Assembly (NCBI GenBank): GCA_965249165.1 | Contig: OZ252221.1 | Coordinates: 945,347-1,009,346, forward strand | DNA: 64,000 bases | DNA from: Fidelibacterota bacterium | Lineage (GTDB): Bacteria > Fidelibacterota > Marinisomatia > Marinisomatales > TCS55 | Direction of reading: 5' to 3' | Notes under the pieces: generated by a model | Told to the model about the DNA's origin: nothing | The model's database searches: none | Seen by the model: the letters and a program-made list of their open reading frames with translations, nothing else | Translations under genes and position numbers: made by a program | Shown: positions 31,702 to 40,100 of the stretch, piece after piece | Layout: each line of letters starts with the position of its first letter | Position numbering within the stretch: the first letter of the stretch is position 1

Positions 31702-32126
31702 TGGAATTTGGCGAACTTTTAAAATTAATTTTAGTGGATTTACAGCGCCTCTTCCGCTCTCAAATAATCCAGGGTAAACTGACCTTGCCGCAACTGTTGC
31801 TCATTTCCTCCATTCCGGATAATGGGATCGATATGACTACACTGGCGCAGCAGCTGGGGGTGGATAACAGCACGTTGACGCGATTGGTCGATATTCTTCT
31901 GAAAAGGCGGTGGGTCTTAAAGAAGAAAAGTAGTGTTGATCATCGTATAACGCTTTTATTTCTTACTCTGGATGGAGAAAAGATCCAGGATATGATTGAA
32001 GAACGTATTGACTACTTTGGTAATCAATTGTATAATGCGATTCCTCAAGCAGACCGCGACGAAGTAAAAGAAATCCTTTCTGCCTTCCAATGGCACCTGT
32101 CCAAAATATTTTTGAAGCAATCATAG
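31701..32126 (+). CDS. MarR-family transcriptional regulator
   Basis: 141 aa. Winged-helix pattern LTLPQLLLISSI.....MTTLAQQLGVDNSTLTRLVDILLKRRWV.K..S..D.R...L.LT..G. Confidence 0.8.
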   Translation: MEFGELLKLILVDLQRLFRSQIIQGKLTLPQLLLISSIPDNGIDMTTLAQQLGVDNSTLTRLVDILLKRRWVLKKKSSVDHRITLLFLTLDGEKIQDMIEERIDYFGNQLYNAIPQADRDEVKEILSAFQWHLSKIFLKQS

Positions 32127-32127
32127 C

Positions 32128-33198
32128 TTGTATAATACAATAATAATAAGCAAGTCGCTGCTGAACTGGTATTACAGCAATAAACGGGACCTACCTTGGC
32201 GACAGAATAAGGATCCCTATCGGATTTGGTTATCAGAAGTTATGTTGCAGCAAACGCAAGTTGAAACGGTTATACCGTATTTCAAACACTGGATTAAAGA
32301 ATATCCGAGCCTATCTAGTGTTATTCCGGCAACACAGGATCAACTTCTGAAATTGTGGGAGGGGTTGGGCTATTACGAACGTTGCCGTAATTTTTATACT
32401 GCTGTGCAGCAAGTCGTCACCGAGCACAATGGGATTGTTCCTTCTAAAAAAGATGTTTTTAGTCAATTACCCGGAGTTGGTCCGTACATTTCGGCAGCAG
32501 TGCTGTCGATTGCTTACGGGAAACAATATCCGGCATTGGATGGCAATGTAAAACGGGTAATATCGAGACTATTGCAGAAGAAACAAGATTCGGCCTATAA
32601 TCAAAAAGTTATAAAGAATTTTATAAAGCGGTTAATGGAAAATGTGTATCCGGGAGACGTGAACCAGGCACTGATGGATTTAGGTCGGTTGGTTTGTCGT
32701 CCAAATCAGGCTCGCTGTCTGGATTGTCCATTAATAGAACACTGCGGTGGTTATGCCTCGGGATTTCCGGAAAGTTATCCCCATCGGAGACTTAAAAAAA
32801 CTGTACACCAATATAAGGTCGTAGCCGGACTACTATGGCATGATGAGACGTTTTTAATTATGCAGCGCCAAAATAAGAATCATCTATATGGTCTGTGGGA
32901 ATTCCCCGGAGGTAAAATCAAAAAAAATGAATCGAAAGAAACTGCATTGCACAGAGAAATGTTGGAGGAATGTGGTATCAAAATTGCAATAGGAGCAGAA
33001 GTAGGCAGTATCAAACATGCGTATAGCCATTTTAGGATTCAGTTAACATTGTTTCATTGTTATCCAAAGAATGGATCCGTGTTAACAACTACTCAGCCCT
33101 ATCAATGGATTACACCAAGGGATGTCGAACAATATCCTTTTCCTAAAGCAAACCACAAATTATTTACACTCTTGAACAACCAGGGCTGGCGCAATTAG
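32128..33198 (+). CDS. mutY: A/G-specific adenine DNA glycosylase MutY (with C-terminal NUDIX-like domain)
   Basis: LLNWYYSNKRDLPWR...PY.IWLSEVMLQQTQV, HhH-GPD LPGVGPYISAAVLSIAYG, 4Fe-4S cluster C-x6-C-x2-C-x5-C (CRPNQARCLDCPLIEHC), NUDIX-like WEFPGGKI..NES...ALHREMLEE. Confidence 0.92.
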   Translation: MYNTIIISKSLLNWYYSNKRDLPWRQNKDPYRIWLSEVMLQQTQVETVIPYFKHWIKEYPSLSSVIPATQDQLLKLWEGLGYYERCRNFYTAVQQVVTEHNGIVPSKKDVFSQLPGVGPYISAAVLSIAYGKQYPALDGNVKRVISRLLQKKQDSAYNQKVIKNFIKRLMENVYPGDVNQALMDLGRLVCRPNQARCLDCPLIEHCGGYASGFPESYPHRRLKKTVHQYKVVAGLLWHDETFLIMQRQNKNHLYGLWEFPGGKIKKNESKETALHREMLEECGIKIAIGAEVGSIKHAYSHFRIQLTLFHCYPKNGSVLTTTQPYQWITPRDVEQYPFPKANHKLFTLLNNQGWRN

Positions 33199-33242
33199 CA
33201 CCTTCAATCTCTGATTTTATGACCCCTGCCGGTGTGTATGAT

Positions 33243-33313
33243 GGATATTGCAAGATCATGAACCAGCGGTCGTGGATAAAGCGTTGGCGGAACGTTACAT
33301 GACAAGAGTTTGA
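33243..33313 (+). pseudogene. Detached 3' fragment (last about 22 codons plus stop) of the kynurenine-3-monooxygenase-like gene
   Basis: Encodes LQDHEPAVVDKALAERYMTRV*, identical to the C-terminus of the 48669-49643 ORF. No upstream coding sequence. Confidence 0.85.
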
Positions 33314-33463
33314 TCTACTATGGGGTTTATGTTATTCGATGGTATTGTAAACCCTATTGCTTGCGCACATCATAAGCTGCGCTTGGTTTTTTACTCAATG
33401 GTGTTGTCCTCGATGGTATAGGCATCTCCACTCGTGCATTATTTCCTTAAATTTAACAAAATA

Positions 33464-33492
33464 TTGACGCCCTTTTCCAAAAGGGTTAAACT
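33464..33492 (+). promoter_or_regulatory. Sigma-70-like promoter (TTGACG-17-TAAACT) with an internal palindrome CCCTTTTCCAAAAGGG; duplicated in the right repeat arm
   Basis: -35 at 33464-33469 and -10 at 33487-33492. The spacer carries a perfect 7-2-7 palindrome. The mirror copy at 48559-48587 (minus strand) reads TTGACA-17-TAAACT with a 6-2-6 version of the palindrome. Confidence 0.4.
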
Positions 33493-33574
33493 ATTTCTTG
33501 CCTGTAAATTAGAGAATCTACTAACTGCTTTATCCTATATTATCTTATTTCACTTATTTCACCGAGTCGTATTG

Positions 33575-34117
33575 ATGAAATACAATCACGGAGTTCGAAT
33601 GAAATTTCTTAATGTTGTAGTTTTTCTGTTCTTGTTTAATCAGGTACTTCTGGCTGAAGAAAGCCAACTTCTGGCGGACTCTACTGCTGTCATTTCCAAC
33701 GATTCTTTAGGTGTAACCCGGTATTTAATCCAATTTCCAGAACCGGATTTTGAGGTTGTGCACTTAATCGATTCGATGATTGTTTCCATACCACTCACCG
33801 ATGGGGAGGGTGTTTTGGATGGACAGGAGCTGGATATTAATGCTATGTTGACGGAATGGGTGGGTTTGGTGGTGAGTTGGACTACACCCTGGGAAACGCC
33901 GGGGGGTGATGTAGATGATTTTTATATTACGGGCCGGGTGGATACGTCCACCAGTTGGTTGAGTGTGGATATTTCTCCGCTCTACGTTGCATTATATCAG
34001 GGGTATATTTACGATTATGGTTTTATGGTGAAGCTGGCGGATGAGATGGCCGGGCCACTCTACCTGCCGAATATCAATCAGTCTTTTATTACGGTTTATA
34101 GCAGTGATTTGGAGTAA
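33575..34117 (+). CDS. Small secreted protein of unknown function, first gene of the Rhs operon
   Basis: ATG at 33575 (MKYNHGVRMKFLNVVVFLFLFNQVLLAEES is a signal peptide). The same start region is conserved in the duplicate at 48498. The stop lies 3 nt before the Rhs ATG, and a GGAG inside its last codons serves the Rhs gene. The ORF-track start at 33434 is probably too far upstream. Confidence 0.7.
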   Translation: MKYNHGVRMKFLNVVVFLFLFNQVLLAEESQLLADSTAVISNDSLGVTRYLIQFPEPDFEVVHLIDSMIVSIPLTDGEGVLDGQELDINAMLTEWVGLVVSWTTPWETPGGDVDDFYITGRVDTSTSWLSVDISPLYVALYQGYIYDYGFMVKLADEMAGPLYLPNINQSFITVYSSDLE

Positions 34118-34120
34118 AAA

Positions 34121-37100
34121 ATGAGAATAATCAGTAAAACATTCACGAATTTTATAACCTGTTTTCTATTATCTGCAATGGTGCTCAATGGACAGGATGA
34201 CGACTTCGTGGCACCATTGAAGCTACCGGAATCATCCAGTAGAGATGACGACGGTTCATCGCCTAGTGCCGCACCGAACATAAAGACCTTTGCATTAGAC
34301 CCGAATTTAAAGGGGGCGGTGGGAAACAGCGTGAACCTTTTTAGTGGGGACGTAAATCTGCCGGTGAATCTTGTGTCTTTGCCGGGACTCAATGGATTGG
34401 GGGTGAATGTTACTGCTGTTTATAACAGTAATATTCAAAATCAAGTGGATACGTGGAATCTGACAGCCCCCACTGGTGTACTGGGCTTGGGTTGGAGTTT
34501 GGATTACCCGAAGATTGTGCGGAATCATAAAAATACGGGTACCCGCCATGATGATGAGTTTTATCTGCTGGCCGGTGGTTCGTCAACGCCATTGCTCAGA
34601 ACCGGCACATCTACTAATGGACAGACCTATTATTACCGGGTGAAGAACGACCCCAATCTTGAGATCCGCTACTATCAAGAAGACGCAGATGACACGAATG
34701 GAGACATGGGCTATTGGGAGGTGCTCACCGGCAATGGGATCACGCAGGTGTTTGGTAATACAGATGACTCCAAGCAATTGGGGATTCGCTGGAAGAACTG
34801 GATCGGCAGTAGTATTATTGCCACTAATCAGACCCAATTTGCAATCGTTTGGAATTTGTCCAGTATGCGGGACGATTGGGGAAACGCAATAAATTATGAT
34901 TACGAAAACGTAACCAATACAATAGGTGCCGGAGCAAACGCCAAGGAGTATACGGAGGCATCCTATCTGGGAGAGATACGGGACGTTTATAATCGCAAGG
35001 TGGTATTTAATTATGGGGAAAAATCAGCGGACGAAGAATATCAAGACCCCCATAAGGAGCAGGGCGAACCGGACGCCTACCAAGAACGGTATGAGACCCG
35101 GTATTTACACAATATCGAGGTATACTCTGATGCGAATGTCTCCGATGAACTCTTTTCCATTCATTTTAATTATAATTTTGTCGGCGCTGGTAATCTTCGG
35201 AAACGATTACTGGCGGCCATTTGGCAAACGAATGCCCGGATGGAGTCCCTTCCGCCTCTGAAGTTCACATATTATGCGACGGGTTATCACCGGGGCATGT
35301 TGAAAACAGTGACCTATACCCAGGGTGGTATTACTACCTATACTTATACATCCCAGGATATTTCTTCCGTTGGTGTGAGTGCTGATCGTGATCGTCATGT
35401 TTCCCGTCCCACAGGATATGTTGGGAAACCGGGGATTTTTGTGGGGCATGACTACGTGGTGCTCATTTGGGAGAACGCCAGCGGCACAATTAACCTGGAA
35501 ACGTATATATGGACCGGTCGTTGGGTGAAGACCTTGGATGAAACACTTGATATTGATGATGATTCTGATGCTACTGAATATGAGGTCTTTATCGGGGAGG
35601 ACTATTTTGCTTTGATAGAGAAATTTCATACAACTCAGGGAATAAAGCCAATCCACATATACCACAAAAAGGAGGGGTTAAAAGGGTGGTATTATTATAC
35701 CCACGATTTAATATCCAACCACAGTGGCTGTGCAGATGGTGGCGGAAACAATGAAAATAGAATGAACGTTGCTGTGGGTGATGATTTTATATCGGTTGTA
35801 TCGATAGAACACGGGCGGGAATATAGATTTCAATGGAATGCTCAAGGAGAAACTTGGAATTCTTATGTGAGTGATTGCCGCAACGGCGATGATACGGATG
35901 ATTTTTATGTAGCTGGAACGGGTAATTATTATTTTTTTCATAACGCAATTGGGTATGACAGAATATACTTTAGAAATCGGAATGAGTTGGGTAATTGGAC
36001 AAACAGCTCTTTTTATTTAGGAAGTAATACCTCTGATAACGGCGATTATTATCAGTCTTGGCATTCTGGATCCAGTTTTTTCGTTGGCTTAATTAGAGGG
36101 CATGCTGAAGTGGCCTATACCTGGGACGTGAATTTTCAGGGTTTTCAGCGACATAATTTAGGTTTCCAGGTTAATGACGTTTCACCCACCTTTATCAGAG
36201 GCTCTTTTGTTGGAATCTATGATTCTGGTCCGAATTCGTCTCAATTTATTCGATTTAACGGTTCTTATTGGTTAAATGAAACATTTCCTGGTTATGGCTT
36301 CACAATTGGTGAAGATTTTATGTTGACATCTGGAATCGGTGGAATCATTCGGCTGCTATACAATCCAAACCTGAATGATTATGAAGAGTTTGCAGCTGAT
36401 AATGGTGAATATTATGCATACCTTACTGGCCTAGCAGATCAACCTAAGGTTTCAAATAACTTTGTAGTTGCTTATCATTGTTGTGATGGTGACAATTCTG
36501 CTGGTATTTATGTTCTGTATCGATTTCCAGGTGATTTTGAGTTTAGTGAAATAGCAAATTTTCCGCAAACGTATTCTTCACCAAGAGTTGCCACCGGCTC
36601 CAACTATTTTATCATACAAAATGATGATTCGTATACTTCTCAATTTCATTTTGTTAAAAACGGTGCGCATGTTGCATCGGATGCAGGCTCCGATAACGGG
36701 AAATTTATACATTACTTTGATGAGTATGACTTTCCTGATCCTGTAGGAGCGAATACGGCGGTTGCTATTCGTTCAGGTAACGATGCTACTTTGTATAGAA
36801 TAGTCAATGACGACTTTCAAGGAGCGATCGGAGACGTAGTGGTCAGTACGATGGCCATGGACGATGGCTATAATTCAGTTTCAACCAGTTATGAGTTTCA
36901 ATATGGTGTATCGGATCCATCGGGGACAGTGGCCCAATACAACAAAGTCATCGTCTATCCCGGTGGTGATACACTGAACGGGTTTACGGAACATTATTTT
37001 TTCAATGGCCTGGAGACCGATGAAAGTGCAGCACCATTCCCCGCGGGTAGCAATGTTACCAATGCCGACTCCTATTATGGTTTAATGACTGGGCGACCGT

Positions 37101-40100
37101 ATAAAATAATCGCTAAAGATGCTAATGGCGAGGTGGTGTCCACCACCGAGAACTACTGGTTTGTCACCGAATTTGATATAGGCCCCCGTAAAATAGGTCA
37201 TTATACCCGCCAACGAAAACAAGTCAGTACCACCGATGGAATCACCAAGACGGTTGAAAGTACCTACGCTGAAAACAGTGGGTATTTAACCAGAACACAA
37301 ACGACCAATAGCAATGGCGATATTTTAACCAAGTCCTTTACGCATTTTAAGAATGCCTATGGGGATATTGACAATCTCAAGTCTCCGATAGTCAAAACGA
37401 TTACAAGAAACACCCGGAGCGGAACTGCAACCACCACATCCGCCACGGCCACCACCTGGAAGGAATGGTCACCAGGGAAATGGGCCCCCAATAAGACTTA
37501 TACCTGGAATGGGAATGGGAGTGTTATATTTAATTTTAGTGCCTGGAGCGGGAATGTTGAGCCACCATCAAGATGGCTTAAGGTGTCACAGGTATTGGAG
37601 CGCACGTCCTTTGGAGCAGTGCGAAGATCAGCAGATGTAGATAGTACTATTTCGTCCGTTATATTTGATCAGACCCATAAACGCCCTGTGGCTGTATTCA
37701 GTGCGGCGAATATTTCCGATAATTCCATTGGGAACGAGGCCGGGTACATTGGATTTGAAAGCGGGTATAGTACCAACAGTCATCCGGATAATGATTACTG
37801 GTCTATGCCTCCAGCCAATACATTTTCAACAGATGCCCATAGCGGGAAGTACAGCCGCAAGGTTATAGCCGGTACCCCCCGTTATGGACCCACCCGAGAT
37901 TTTCGACCGGATGACCAGTATGGAACCTATGTATTGTCTTGTTGGGTGAAAACAGAGGCGGGCTACAATTCATCGACAAACAGTAGCTTTAAACTCCATA
38001 CCAAACGAGATAGTGGGAATAACTCTCTCTATCCGAGTATAGCGGCGGCTTGGATTTCTATTCCGATTGATGACACCGATGGAAAATGGGAATACCTTGA
38101 AGTGGCGCTTGATCTGGGACGGGTTCGGGAATTGGGTGATATTCCCGCCAGTGAACTATTACGATTGCGGACGTTTACGGCCAATCAAGACCCCGATCAT
38201 TACTTTCTAGTGGATGACATCACCTTCCGGCCCCTTGATTCCGGTTTTTCTGCTACGATCATTGATCCTGAAACGCGTCGGGTCACAGCCCGGCTGGGGA
38301 ATAACGGCGAGACCATGCGCACGGTCTATGACGACTTTAACCGTCCGCTTGCCAGTATTGGTCCAGATGAACAGGTGAATGCCCTCACCATGCCCTACTA
38401 TTCCAGATATTACAATTGGGGTGTCCTTTCGGGCAGTTGGACTGAATATGATCCTGATGATCCAAACAGTGTATTATCGATCACGGCACAAAACGGCGGC
38501 ATTTATGATGGGTTTGATGATGGGGATGCAGATGGTTGGACCCTTGCACCTACAAGTCATTGGCAGGTGGAAGATGGAAAATTGAAAATAAATGCACATA
38601 GTGGTGACGAGACAGCGACGGCAGTGCTTGAGAGTTCCGGAGCGGAGGCTATGGCTGTATCCATCAGTGCAGCAGCCGAATTTAATGATTCATTGGGAGT
38701 TGTGGGCATGGCGGTGGGAGATTATTCTATTCGTTGTAACCTTATCGGTCCGGACTTTGCACGCTGGAGATTGTATCATGATGGTAACGCATTGGTCTCG
38801 GGTACCGGTCATGCATACGGTAGAAAGTGGACATTCATTATATCCCAGGGGATGATCCACTTTTTTGTGGATAGGGAGTTGAGATTAGAGTATGAGGATG
38901 CGAATGCTGTGGGCGGAGAGGTGGTCTTGTTTGCAGAACCATGGTACGGAGAAATGGCCGAATTTGACAATGTTTTGGTGATCCACGATCCGGTGGTGAG
39001 TCGGGTTTATTCTGATGGGATGGGCAAAACGATTCAATCGCAACGCTTGGATGGGGATGATATTATTTTATCCATGCCCTATTATGATGAAATGAACCGG
39101 GCAGCGGTGGGTTTTAAACCCATCAAGTTGGATAATCACGCCCTGGAATATAACTCGGACCTGGTGACCGCTTTTGATTGGGCTGCGGGGACATATACGG
39201 GTACGATGAATAATTTTCATCTGGCCGACAGTGGCTTTAACTATACGCGCTGGGAGTATGAAACCACGCCCTTAGCGCGGGTGGTAAAAGAGAGCCTTCC
39301 TGGAAGCGGCTTTCAAATCGGCAGCGGGAAAGAGATCAGCTATGAGTATTTGCCTGATCCGGGCGAGACATTTACGGGCATTAACTTCGACCCGGAAGAA
39401 CACACTATCCGCAAAATTGAAGATCCGGAGGGGGTTAAATCGGTGGTTGTAGAAGATAAACTGAACAAAACGCTGCTGAAGCAATTGGAAGATGAAGATA
39501 CACCGACAACCTATAGTTACAACGTTAAGGGACAAGTGGATACGATCTATCTACCGAATTATTTTGATTCGACTGTCCCCAGTAACGAGGAGTTTACAAT
39601 TGAGATGACCTACGATCATTTTGGGCGGCTGAAGAGCAAAGCCACCCCGGATGGTGGTACGGAGCGGTTTATCTATCACAACCGGAATGGGCAGTTGCGC
39701 TTTATGCAGGATGGTGTTGGCGATAATTTTAATAAGGTAAATTATTATAAATATGACCGGATCGGGCGCATCAAAGAAGCAGGACATTTTGCCTATAGCG
39801 GAAGTTTGAACAACCTCCAGGATGAAGCGAACACGATCCCGGATTACCCGACCAATGCCCCCACCTGGCGGAAGAAGTATTATTACGATCGGGCGGGTGA
39901 GACCGGATCCACCATCAATTATAAGGGTCGACTGTGGCGGATAGAAACGAATAATGATAATAGTAGTGATGTGGAGGTGGTAGAGACGTTCCGGTATAAT
40001 CGTGGGGGTGAGATTGTGGAAAAGGAGTTGCTGGTGAGCGATTATGACAGTACCCAGCACTATAGCACTAGCTACGAATACAATAATGTGGGCAATGTGA

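Larger units (their letters stand above)
33243..33981 (+). repeat. Left arm of a large inverted repeat (partner 48089-48743)
   Basis: Reverse complement of 48089-48743 with scattered substitutions and one 74-bp indel. It contains the last 22 codons of the monooxygenase gene, a promoter-like element and the first roughly 135 codons of the small secreted-protein gene. Confidence 0.9.

Noticed and set aside
33434-33574. Upstream extension of the small secreted-protein ORF (GTG at 33434).
   Set aside because: The extension covers the promoter-like element. It is not conserved as coding in the right-arm copy, whose ORF starts at the equivalent of 33572-33575.
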